Assembly (NCBI RefSeq): GCF_006345805.1
Contig: NC_043000.1
Coordinates: 11,718,001-11,782,000 of the forward strand
Direction of reading: 5' to 3'
DNA length: 64,000 nucleotides
From: Octopus sinensis
Taxonomy: Eukaryota
Below, in pieces: positions 11,523 through 22,802 of the stretch. The notes below the pieces were generated by a model that saw only the letters and a list, made by a program, of their open reading frames with translations, had not been told where the DNA came from and did not search any database. The stretch's first letter is position 1. Every line of letters starts with the position of its first letter. The position numbers and the translations under genes were made by a program.

Positions 11523-12345
11523 CGAGGAGCGTTCAATAAGTAATGCCCCTGACCCACTTCCCATAGCAGTAGAGCAACGAAACTTGGCACAGTTATTAGT
11601 CTTTTTCTACATAGGAACCGGAGGCGCAATGGCACAGTGGTTAGGGCAGCGGACTCGCGGTCATAGGATCGCGGTTTCGATTCCCAGACCGGGCGTTGTG
11701 AGTGTTTATTGAGCGAAAACACCTAAAGCTCCACATGGTTCCGGCAGGGGATGGCGGTGATCCCTGCTGTACTCTTTCACCACAACTTTCTCTCATTCTT
11801 ACTTCCTGTTTCTGTTGTACCTGTATTTCAAAGGGTCGGCCTTGTCACACTCTGTGTCACGCTGAATATCCCCGAGAACTACGTTCAGGGTACACGTGTC
11901 TGTGGAGTGCTCAGCCACTTACACGTTAATTTCACGAGCAGGCTGTTCCGTTGATTCGGATCAACCTGAACCCTCATCGTCGTAACCGACGGAGTGCTTC
12001 CACATAGGAACCACTCAGAGTTACGCATTTCTCCCATCGTTTGATGCAGCTCTGGAGACCGTTTTTGTAGAAGACCCCAGCTTGGTCCTCCAACCACAAT
12101 GTGACTTCAGAAATCAAGGCTGCATCATCTGGGAAACGCTTTCCTTTCAAAAGCAACTTTATGGTTGGGAAGAAGTGAAAATCAGAGGGTGCAAGGTCAG
12201 GAGAGGAGGGGAGATGGGGGAGGAGTTCATAGCTGCACGCCTGTGCTTCTAATCAGGCGACACGCGAGCGTTGTCCTGCAGGAGGTGGATACCTTTGCTG
12301 TTCTTGCCCCGCCTCTTGATTTTGATAGCTTCTCGTGTGTACTGA
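11523..12345 (-). mobile_element. mariner transposon 3' remnant interrupted by SINE B
   Basis: TA+CGAGGAGCGTTCAATAAGTAATGC TIR at 11521-11546; minus strand IHLLQDNAR...ELLPHLPSSPDLAPSDFHFF...LKGKRF...RWEKCVTLSGSYV|EKD** (YSPDLAPSD-type motif). Confidence 0.88.
11620..12001 (+). mobile_element. SINE family B, full length, 11-bp TSD
   Basis: A box TGGCACAGTGG, B box GTTTCGATTCC; TSD ACATAGGAACC at 11609-11619 and 12002-12012. Confidence 0.95.
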
Positions 12346-12434
12346 ACCAACTAAATGCACAGAATTGTCACATCAAAGGACAAGTGTCGGATTGGAATCT
12401 AATGTGAAGTAAATGAGAATAATACTGTAATGCA

Positions 12435-12832
12435 GGCGGAGAAATGGCTGTGTGGTAAGAAGCTTGCTTCTCAAACACATGGTCCCGGGTTCAGTCCCAC
12501 TGCGTGGAACCTTGGGCAAGTATCTTCTACTATAGCGTCGGGCTGACCAAAGCCTTGTGAGTGGATTTGGTAAACGGAAACTGACAGAAGCCTGTCGTAT
12601 GTGTGTATATATGTGTGTGTGTTTCTTTGTATGTGTGTGTCCCCCACTACCGCTCGACAATCGGTGTTGGTGTGTTTACGTCCTCGTAACTTTCGTGATT
12701 CGGAAAAGAGACCGATAGAATAAGTACTAGGCTTTAAAGAATATGTCCTGAGGTCGAATTTTTCGACTAAAACCCTTCAAAGCGGTGCCCCAGCATGGCC
12801 GCAGTCAAGTGACTGAAACAAATAAAAGATAG
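12435..12832 (+). mobile_element. SINE family A, full length
   Basis: Matches the family consensus end to end; a minus-strand 3' fragment follows at ~12871-12943. Confidence 0.9.
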
Positions 12833-12967
12833 AGATAATAAACACATTTTAAAGATGTATAATTCTCCATTCTTTTTATTCTTTTATTCTTTTACTTGTT
12901 TCAGCCATTTGACTGCAGCCATGCTGGAGCACCTCCTTTAGTCTTGAATATATTACTCTGTATGCTG

Positions 12968-13352
12968 TGGAGGCGCAATGGCCCAGTGGTTAGGGCAGCG
13001 GACTCGCGGTCATAGGATCGCGGTTTCGATTCCCAGACCGGGCGTTGTGAGTGTTTATTGAGCGAAAACACCTAAAGCTCCACCAGGCTCCGACAGGGGA
13101 TGGTGGTGATCCCTGCTGTACTCTCTCACCACAACTTTCTCTCACTCTTACTTCCTGTTTCTGTTGTACCTGTATTTCAAAGGGCCGGCCTTGTCACTCT
13201 CTGTGTCACGCTGAATATCCCCGAGAACTACGTTAAGGGTACACGTGTCTGTGAGTGCTCAGCCACTTACACGTTAATTTCACGAGCAGGCTGTTCCGTT
13301 GATTCGGATCAACCGGAACCCTCATCGTCGTAACCGACGGAGTGCTTCCACC
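12968..13352 (+). mobile_element. SINE family B, full length, 13-bp TSD
   Basis: TSD ACTCTGTATGCTG at 12955-12967 and 13353-13365. Confidence 0.95.
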
Positions 13353-13459
13353 ACTCTGTATGCTGCATAAAATCCATTGAAAAGAACTCGGTTATATGTT
13401 TATGCGCGTTTGTGCGTATGTATATATGCATGTGTGAGCGTGGATTTCTATAATGTATA

Positions 13460-13945
13460 GGTGCAGAAGTGGCTGTGTGGTGAGTAGCTTGCTTATCATC
13501 CACATGGTTCTGGGTTCAGTCCCACTGCGTAGCACCTTTGGCAAGTGTCTTCTACTATAGCCTCGATTAAAGCCTTGTGAGTGGATTTGGTAAACCGAAA
13601 CTGAAAGAAGCCCGTCGTATATGTATGTATGTATGTATGATATATATATATATATATATATAGATATATATATAGAATATATATATATATCTGGTGTGTG
13701 TGTGTTTGTGGGTGTATATGTTTGTGTGTCTGTGTTTGCACCCCTACCACCAACATCGCTTAACAACCGATGCTGGTGCGTTTACGTCCCCGTAACTTAG
13801 CGGTTCGGCAAAAAAGACCGATAGAATAAGTACTAGGCTTACAAAGAATAAGTCCTGGGGTCGATTTGCTCGACTAAAGGCGGTGCTCCAGCATGGCTAC
13901 AGTCAAATGACTGAAACAAGTAAATGAGCAAAGAGTAAAAGAGTA
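13460..13945 (+). mobile_element. SINE family A, full length
   Basis: Head, CORE-like segment, internal microsatellite and AAAGAGTA tail. Confidence 0.92.
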
Positions 13946-13955
13946 TATAAGTTAA

Positions 13956-14936
13956 CATGCAGTTTACCGACGTAAAAAGGTGAAAGTAAATTGTCCTAAA
14001 ACACAAAAGTAAATTGCGAAAGAAACCGGAAATGACGACAGTCTCTTACCTACATATGGAATGGAAGCACTCCGTCGGTTACGACGATGAGGGTTCCGGT
14101 TGATCCGAATCAACGGAACAGCCTGCTCGTGAAATTAACGTGCAAGTGGCTGAGCACTCCACAGACACGTGTACCCTTAACGTAGTTCTCGGGGATATTC
14201 AGCGTGACACAGAGGTGACAAGGCCGGCCCCTTGAAATACAGGTACACAGAACAGGAGTAAGCGTGAGAGAAAGTTGTGTGTGAAAGAGTACAGCAGGGC
14301 ACACACCATCCCCTGCGGAGCCTCGTTGAGTTTTAGGTGTTTTCGCTCAATAAACACTCACAGCGCCCGGTCTGGGAATCGAAACCGCGATCCTATGACC
14401 GCGAGTCCGCTGCCCTAACCACTGGCCATTGCACCTCCACTACCCACATATACCTTTGTTGAATTATTATTATTGATCGAGTGAAATGGATCTTCTCAAA
14501 GGAAAAACAAAAAAGGAAAAGGAAAAAAGGAATTGGCTCGTATAGTCCTGGTGAATGCACAGGAACAATGCCATTGTTTCCCACCCGTTCTCTTTGTGCT
14601 GCTCATTAATTGTGCGGAATTACTGCATTGCTCACATGTAACTGTGTTGGTTGTCGTACAAGCCACAGAATTGCTTTTTCAGCGATATTCGTTGCTGGAT
14701 ATTGTACATTGAAACGATGTGTCCCACCTGCTATTTCTGGGCTGCTTAACACATCACTAGAATGTGCCATACACGAAGGTGCCGGAGGACGTGGCACAAT
14801 GAATGAGGTCTTTCGTTCTTTTATTTTTTATGAAATTTTGGTATCTCACTGTCGTCACTTCCGGTTTCTATCGCAATTTACTTTCATTTTTATAGTACAA
14901 TTTATTTTCACTTTTTTTATGACGGTAACCTGCATG
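13956..14936. mobile_element. TTAA-flanked TIR element (piggyBac-like, internally deleted)
   Basis: ~90-bp imperfect TIRs 13956-14042 and 14848-14936; TTAA at 13952-13955 and 14937-14940; minus-strand remnant TVTCEQCSNS may be the Cys-rich C-terminus. Confidence 0.7.
14058..14440 (-). mobile_element. SINE family B nested in the TTAA element
   Basis: Reverse complement of family B; TSD TACC(T/C)ACATAT at 14047-14057 and 14441-14451. Confidence 0.93.
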
Positions 14937-14944
14937 TTAACCCG

Positions 14945-15190
14945 TGTGTGTATGCGTGTGTGTGTGTGTGTCTTTGTGTTTGTATTTGTCCCTCCCCCCA
15001 CCACCGCTTGTTGGTTTATTTACGTTCCCGTAAGCTAGCACTCCGCAAAATGAAGAATGATAGAATAAGTACTTTATTCTAAAAAAGTAGTACAGGAGTC
15101 GATTTACTCGACTATTCGATTAAACCCTTCAAAGCGGTGCTCCAGCATGGCAAAAGTCCAAAGACTGAAACAAGTAAGAGAAAAGATAAA
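14945..15190 (+). mobile_element. SINE family A, 3' half, diverged
   Basis: GCGGTGCTCCAGCATGG...GACTGAAACAAGTAA. Confidence 0.75.
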
Positions 15191-15276
15191 TGATAATATA
15201 TATCTATGTGTATATGTATACTCAAATACTCACATACACGTACGTACATACACAAACATATATAATATGTTAATAT

Positions 15277-15778
15277 GTAAATGTAAGGATAAGCTAGTTT
15301 AATATATAAAGTATATCAAATACATGGAATACAAAAAAATGTATACATCTTTATATACAAAAAGGTCCGACTTACACAGAATACAGATGACATAGAGAAT
15401 TAATGGGGTTGAAGAAAAGTATTATAAATCCAACAGCTGTTTCTAGGGGCGCAGTGGTCCAAAATAATGCTTGTAGGTTGATTCCATCGCAGGATGAAAC
15501 GAGCCTCCGTCTTTCAGAAAGAGATATTACATTTGAGATGTTAAAGGAAGTCTTCTCGGAAGACGGAGGCTCGTCTCATCCTACGATGAAATCAACCTAC
15601 AAGCATTATTAATACCACTGCGCCCCTAGAAACAGCTGTTGGATTTCTAATACTTTTCTTCAACTCCTTCAATTCTCTATGTCATCTGTATTTTCTGTAA
15701 GTCGGACCTTTTTTGTATTTCATGTATTTAATATACTCTATGTATTGATCTGTCTTACTTGCTTATCTCTGCATTTAC
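15277..15778. repeat. Long inverted repeat (~240-bp arms, ~40-bp spacer), each arm with a degenerate hammerhead
   Basis: 15277-15517 vs 15556-15778 reverse complementary; each arm has C(T/G)GAAGA-like...TAGAAACAGCTGTT. Confidence 0.88.
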
Positions 15779-15883
15779 TTCTATACCCGCTCAAGTTTAA
15801 ACTCTTGAGTACTACTAAGTGAATTTTATACGGAGAATATCTGATTCTCATCTATGAACTATATAATATGTTAACATGTAGGA

Positions 15884-16276
15884 GGCGTAGGAGTGGCTGT
15901 ATGGTAAGTAGCTTGCTTACGAACCACATGGTTCCGGGTTCAGTCCCATTGCGTGGCACCTTGGGCAAGTGTGTTCTACTATAGCCTTGGGCCGACCAAA
16001 GCCTTGTGAGTGGATTTGGTAGACGGAAACTGAAAGAAGCTCGTTGTATATATGTGTGTATATATATGTATGTGTGTGTGTCTATGTTTGTGTGTCTGTG
16101 TTTGTTCCCCCAACATCGCTTGACAACCGATGGTGGTGTGTTTACGTCCCCGTAACTTAGCGGTTCCGCAAAAAGAGACCGATAGAATAAGTCCTGGGGT
16201 CGATTTGCTCGACTAAAGGCGGTGCTCCAGCATGGGCACAATCAAATGACTGAAACAAGTAAAAGAGAGTAAGAGT
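15884..16276 (+). mobile_element. SINE family A, full length with a small internal deletion
   Basis: Consensus match; deletion between two GAATAAGT direct repeats. Confidence 0.92.
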
Positions 16277-16309
16277 TGAACAACGACGACGACTACAACA
16301 ACAGCTCAA

Positions 16310-16931
16310 GATAAGCGATAAACACACACATAATACACACATACATACACACACACACACACACACACGCACACACACAAACGATATAACGTATAACCAC
16401 ATAATCATACATACATACACTCCGTAACACACACGCACACACAGACAATGATATAACGGATAAAGGCACAGATAAGCTCGTACACACAAACACACACACA
16501 CACACAAACACATACACACACACATACACATACACGCACACACGCATATACACATACACACATACCTACACACACACACACACACATAAACAAACAAGGG
16601 TATAACGGATAAACATGAACATTCTCAAACATATAACAGATAAGCACACACATACACACATACACACACATACACACATACACACACATACACACATACA
16701 CACACACAATATAACGTATAATCACACACACATACACTCCCTCACACACACACACGCACACACAAACAGACAAGGATATAACGGATAAACACACAATGTA
16801 ATACACAAGCACGTACACACACACAGACAGACACACACACACACACGCACAAACACACACACACACCTCCACACATAAACAAACCAGGGTATAACGGATA
16901 AGCATGAACACTCTCAAACGTACAACAGATA

Positions 16932-16976
<45 letters not shown>

Positions 16977-17023
16977 AGTGTAACACACGAACACACAAGC
17001 GCAGTCACACACTCATACATACA
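16310..17023. repeat. CA-rich compound minisatellite with recurring TATAACG(G/T)ATAA motif
   Basis: Motif near 16385, 16452, 16601, 16710, 16777 and 16890, between (CA)n runs. Confidence 0.8.
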
Positions 17024-17319
17024 TAGAAATTTCTACTCGGCCATTTTACTATCAGATACACCTCTCTACTCCTGTTATCCGCACTATTTGTCCAACAGCC
17101 CGTTTCCACCAGCTTCGTCCACAAAACCTTTATCATCAGAATGGTATCCTCTCCTCCCAAACCCATAGACACACATACACTCTTTTAACTCCTCCCCTCC
17201 AACAAACGTCTACCTCCTACCTACATAACGTTCATGTTGAACATTAAATCGATCACTCCTCACCAGTCTGCGGGAGATTACAAAAACTCCCCGAAGTAAA
17301 ATATAATCTTCCCTGCAAA

Positions 17320-17755
<436 letters not shown>

Positions 17756-17759
17756 TTGA

Positions 17760-17968
17760 TGTGTGACCGCGTGTGTATCGTTGGCGATTTTCTTTTTCCG
17801 TCTTCCCTTCCTTGGATCTTTCCTTTTTCTATGTTTCTGACGAAGAGCTTCGCTCGAAACGTTAAATCCTCTTTCTTTCTTTCCTTTCCTTAGCGTCCAA
17901 TAACACTATACTTGTTCCACGTCCTTGCGTTGTTGTGTTTTCTCTTGTGTTCATGTTTGGATTAACTA
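17760..17968 (+). mobile_element. ~205-bp hammerhead-bearing element, family H1 (Penelope pLTR/retrozyme-like)
   Basis: Second copy at 35598-35802 (-); 3' end abuts (TA)n. Confidence 0.75.
17833..17867 (+). ncRNA. Minimal type I hammerhead ribozyme motif
   Basis: GTTT CTGACGA a GAGC ttc GCTC GAAAC GTT AAAT; palindromic ACGT stem III. Confidence 0.75.
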
Positions 17969-18156
17969 TATATATATATGAGAAAATGTAAAGTATAGAA
18001 GCCATCTTATCATGGCTAACCACATAGGGGAGGGGGTGTTACTGTAGCTTTATAGCCCCAAGAGATCGTCGTCTCTAGCTGGCTTTAGACACCATATCAG
18101 TGCCCTTGAAGTATTTGCAAAGGGAGGCCATCCCTTCCTCGCAAGCCTGAGTGATA

Positions 18157-18199
18157 CGCTCGGACTAGTTTCGGGATATTTGCCCCTTGTCAACGGGCG
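18157..18199 (-). ncRNA. Minimal type I hammerhead ribozyme motif, U3-A8 core
   Basis: Minus strand CGCCCG TTGACAA GGG gcaaatat CCC GAAAC TA GTC CGAGCG; palindromic ACTAGT stem III; GUC triplet. Confidence 0.75.
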
Positions 18200-18479
18200 G
18201 TAACCACCAGGATGCGACGAAAATGAAGGCTTCCTTCTCATTCTGAGATTTAATTATGCCATATGAGAAAAGGTTCAGTTCTATTTCATCCTTTACTTTG
18301 GGGGGTTCCAAAGTTAGATTTCTAATAAAGATTCTTCATATTAAATTGGTAGCTTATATATTGTATAATTTTTGCTTATTATTTTTATTTTATTATAAAT
18401 GCAAAACAACACGACAGCGGAATCGACGTAAGCTTAAACAATAAACTGCGATAAGTAAACCGCGATAGGTAAACCGCGA

Positions 18480-18739
18480 TAAACACACCATCATCGGTTG
18501 TCAAGCGATGACGGGGAAACAAACACAGACGCACACAATTATATACATATACTTACACACACACATATATATATATATATACGAGGGGCTTCTTTCAGTT
18601 TCCGTCTACCAAATACACTCACAAGGCTTTGGTTGTCCCGAGGCTATAGTAGAAGACACTTTCCCCAAGATGCCATGCAGTGGGACTGAACCCGGAACCA
18701 TGTGGTTGGAAAGCTAGCTTCCTACCACACAGCCACGCC
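18480..18739 (-). mobile_element. SINE family A, 3'-truncated
   Basis: Reverse complement of head through GACAACCGATG. Confidence 0.85.
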
Positions 18740-19254
18740 ATATATAGCTACCCGTATGTGCATATACAGGCATCACATTCTCACCTTCCTTTTTTCGTAC
18801 TGTCTTTCTTCTCTCTTATACTTTCTTTGACTCTTGTTTCCCTTCTCCGTCTTCACTGCACCATTCCCTCTTCTCTGTCTGTCTGTCTGTCTCTCTCTAT
18901 CTATCTATCTATCTATCTCTCCCCCCTCTCTCCCATTAATGCTCATTTATCTTTCTCCTTCTACTCCTCCTTCACCTTCTTATGCAGCCCTTTTAGCCCC
19001 CTTCTCTCATCTCCCTATCCCATCCGTTCCCACAATCCTCGATTATAATCGTCTTCCTTTACCAACGTTCTTAACTCATTCTTGTATTTCGATATTTCTG
19101 CATTCTTCATAAGAGAATCGCGGCAGGTAAGCTCTGATGCCACCCAACTTGCAATAGAACCTTCTGGTCCGTTGCCAAGAGGGTCTCTTCCAACTTTATA
19201 AAATCCTCTTACCCACCAGCCCTCTACCAGATCAATTTTATAAAAAGTTTCAAA

Positions 19255-19409
19255 AAGTAGCGGATTGTGTTACAAGGTATCTCCAAAGGAAAACTTTTGT
19301 CAGGATGTATGTATGTATATATGTGTACGTGTATATATGTGTGTTTCCAGTGTATTATATATATATATATATATTATAATATATATATATATATAATATA
19401 TATATATAT

Positions 19410-19442
<33 letters not shown>

Positions 19443-19572
19443 ACATAATGTATATGTATATGCATATGTAATAAGTAGCGGATTGTGTTACAAGGTATCT
19501 CCAAACGAAAACTTTTGTCACGATGTATGTATGTATATATTGTGTACGTGTAGAGTATGTGTGTTTCCTGTA

Positions 19573-19575
<3 letters not shown>
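19255..19575 (+). repeat. ~100-bp direct duplication separated by (TA)n
   Basis: AAGTAGCGGATTGTGTTACAAGGTATCTCCAAA... at 19255 and 19473. Confidence 0.9.
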
Positions 19576-19620
<45 letters not shown>

Positions 19621-19842
19621 TATATATATATTAATATATATATATACTATATATGTATATATATATATTATATATATAATTATATATATATGTATGTATA
19701 TACATATGTATATGTATATGTATATACATATACATATACATATATATATATATAATAACATATGTATATGTATATACATATACATATACATATATATATA
19801 TACATATGTATATGTATATGTATATGTATAATACATATATGT

Positions 19843-19874
<32 letters not shown>

Positions 19875-19930
19875 GTATATGTATATGTATATGTATGTAT
19901 ATGTATATATATATATATAACATATATGTA

Positions 19931-19970
<40 letters not shown>

Positions 19971-20040
19971 TGTATATATATATATATATATATAATATAT
20001 ATATATATATATACATACATTTATATATATATATATATTT
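19570..20040. repeat. Long (TA)n/(TATATG)n microsatellite
   Basis: Direct reading. Confidence 0.95.
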
Positions 20041-20101
20041 ATTTAATATCAAAAATATTAAGTAGACAACAAACGGAAAATATGACCTACTTATATATAT
20101 A

Positions 20102-20776
20102 TCTATATATATAAAACTGTAGTTGTGTGAGTGTCTGTCTCCTACGATTTAGATTCCTAACTCCTCCCACATTTTGCGGTGCAGTTTAACCAAATTCGGG
20201 TATCTTATAGTCGTGATTAATATCGAGCACGTCTGGCTATTAGCGCGCGTCTACGATGAGTCTACGATTTTAAAAATAATTTAACATCATTTTTTATTCC
20301 ATTTTTAATGCATAATTTTTCGTGTGTCGATGGCGGCGGAGTTGGCGTCCACGCTCAAACACCTGCACCTGTGTTGCCTCCCCCTTCTTCCCTCCCTCGT
20401 GAAGCTGTGGGGAAGGGAGTTTAAGGAAATCAACGTCGTAATGCGTTGTCAAGGAGACCAGCGTTCTTTTAAAACAACGACTTGATGGCTTGAAGACACC
20501 AAAACAGAAATGGCTAAGAAAGCGTCTACATGAGTCTAACGATTTAAAAAAAATTTACCATCATTTTTTCCATTTTTAATGCATTTTTTCGCTATTATAT
20601 AAGGGAAGTAACTCTCTAAAATGTCTACGATGAGTCAACGATTTAAAAAAAAATTACCATAATTTTTTATTCCATTTTTAATGCATTTTTTTGCTATTTT
20701 TTTGCTATAACTCTCTAAAAATGCTTATATAGTTATTTCCCTTACAAACCCGAGCAACGCCGGGCGATGCTTCTAG
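20102..20776 (+). mobile_element. Non-autonomous Helitron (5' type X, 3' type P), longer variant
   Basis: A|TC start, same hairpin plus CTAG|T end as 4918-5313; carries extra internal sequence at ~20310-20520. Confidence 0.9.
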
Positions 20777-21120
20777 TATATATATAATTAAAAACATGTG
20801 TAGTAAATAGAGAAACGAATATATACAAAATACACAGATGGACAAAAATCACAGAAGTCACCAATTGTTCATCAGTCATCGGCCAGAGGGTCAAACGCAA
20901 CTTCAGCCCGAGACCCAGGCTACACATGTTTCTTTGCTGGCAGAACCTCAGATGTATTAATTATCTAATTATCCGAACGAGGGGTAATCTGCTAGCTACT
21001 CAATGGATCAATGGTTTTTCAATCGAACTTCCTGCGAGTCAACATCGGATCTCTTGACGACAATGTTAGCTTCCTTGGCTCAATGAATAGCGAGCGGATT
21101 AACCCTCGTTTGGATAATTA

Positions 21121-21490
21121 GGAGGAAACACTCCGTCGGTTACGACGACGAGGGTTCCGGTTGATCCGAATCAACGGAACAGCCTGCTCGTGAAATTAAC
21201 GTGTAAGTGGCTGAGCACTCCACAGACACGTGTACCCTTAACGTAGTTCTCTGGGATATTCAGCGTGACACAGAGAGTGACAAGGCCGGCCCTTTGAAAT
21301 ACAGGTACAACAGAAACAGGAAGTAAGAGTGAGAGAAAGTTGTGGTGAAAGAGTACAGCAGGGATCACCACCATCCCTGCCGGAGCCTCGTTGAGCTTTA
21401 GGTGTTTTCGCTCAAAAAACACTCACAACGCCCGGTCTGGGAATCGAAACCGCGATCCTACGACCGCAAGTCCGCTGCCCTAACCACTGG
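21121..21490 (-). mobile_element. SINE family B, slightly 5'-truncated, 10-bp TSD
   Basis: TSD TGGATAATTA at 21111-21120 and 21488-21497. Confidence 0.93.
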
Positions 21491-21947
21491 ATAATTACTA
21501 CTTCCGCGGTTCTGCTTGCTATGAAGCATATGAAGCCTGAATCTCATCTGCTCCTTTCCCTAAATTTGAACTTCTGTTCGCATACACAGTAACCCCTGCT
21601 ACTAACTATAAGCTATAAAACAATTTTTTCAGCTCATCGAACTTCGATACGGGAAAAACTTACAACCTTATACGTCAATAACCCCCTATAGTTCCTGAAA
21701 GTTGATTGCTATACCTTCTACGGATTGCTAGAAACCTACTATCTTCCTACACCTTGATCCTTGGATTTTAACTTTACTTTACACACACACACACACACAT
21801 TTAATATTATGTAAGTAATGACCGCGTGACGTGCATTTTAAAGGCTTCTATACTGTTATCGGCTGCCATATCCTATCATACTGCGGGGTTATACCTTGAG
21901 CTGAATAAATACGTGGAACTCTGTTTCCGTATAGAATTTATATATCA

Positions 21948-22200
21948 AATTTTATACAGCAAGAAAATGGAATAAACAGGCTTTAGTTACAAATCACAAC
22001 ATTTGTTTTTGTGCAGTGGCAGCAATTGCAAGCTGCTGAGTTTCTCATACCATTGTTAATTACTTTATAAATAATTGCATAAAATAATTTATGTAATGGT
22101 ATGAGATTGAAAACTCAGCAATTTGTAGCTGTTGCCATTGCACAGAAACAAATGTAATTTGTAATTAAAGCCGGTTTATTCAATTTTCTACTATAAATTT
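21948..22200. repeat. Imperfect inverted repeat (~105-bp arms)
   Basis: 21948-22054 vs 22095-22200; right arm contains GAAACAAATGTA (hammerhead 3'-half-like). Confidence 0.75.
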
Positions 22201-22285
22201 ATACATACATACATACATACATACATACATACACACACACACATATATAAATATATATATACATACATACACACACATATATATA

Positions 22286-22325
<40 letters not shown>

Positions 22326-22634
22326 CATATATGCATATATATATCTATATATATATATATATATAACTACAAAATTAGAGAATGGAAAATATACTAAATC
22401 AGTAAAACATCAACTATCGATGACTCATCCATACTTTAATACCATTACATATGATAGGCATACATAAATGAAATGAATATACAGTAATAGTAAAAGATAA
22501 AGAGATATAAGTAAAAATTTTTTTCAATATAATATGCAAATAAATCAAAACTGACAGCTGTTTCGGCAGTGAGGACAGTCATACTCATTTAACCTATAAG
22601 CCATAAAGGCAGGTATATACATACATATATATAT

Positions 22635-22707
<73 letters not shown>

Positions 22708-22711
22708 TATC

Positions 22712-22760
<49 letters not shown>

Positions 22761-22802
22761 CATACATATACATACATATAAACATATATATACATATATA
22801 TA
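22200..22802. repeat. (TACA)n/(TA)n tracts flanking a short AT-rich insert
   Basis: Direct reading; the insert (~22365-22615) has minus-strand GAAACAGCTGTC at 22553-22564. Confidence 0.85.

Noticed and set aside
11620-11695. tRNA-like sequence with A and B boxes (also heads of families A, B2 and C)
   Set aside because: No complete cloverleaf or acceptor stem; continues into a SINE body with TSDs.
18443-18484. Three copies of TAAAC(C/T)GCGATA
   Set aside because: Short local slippage repeat at a SINE truncation point; no evidence of regulatory function.
19110-19310. Unique-looking segment with a CAG|GTAAG donor-like site
   Set aside because: No recognisable reading frame or acceptor context; a small host exon cannot be excluded without RNA-seq.
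20855-20935. Minus-strand GAAAC...CTGATGA (also ~45490-45530)
   Set aside because: Could not build stems I-III consistently; not counted as ribozymes.
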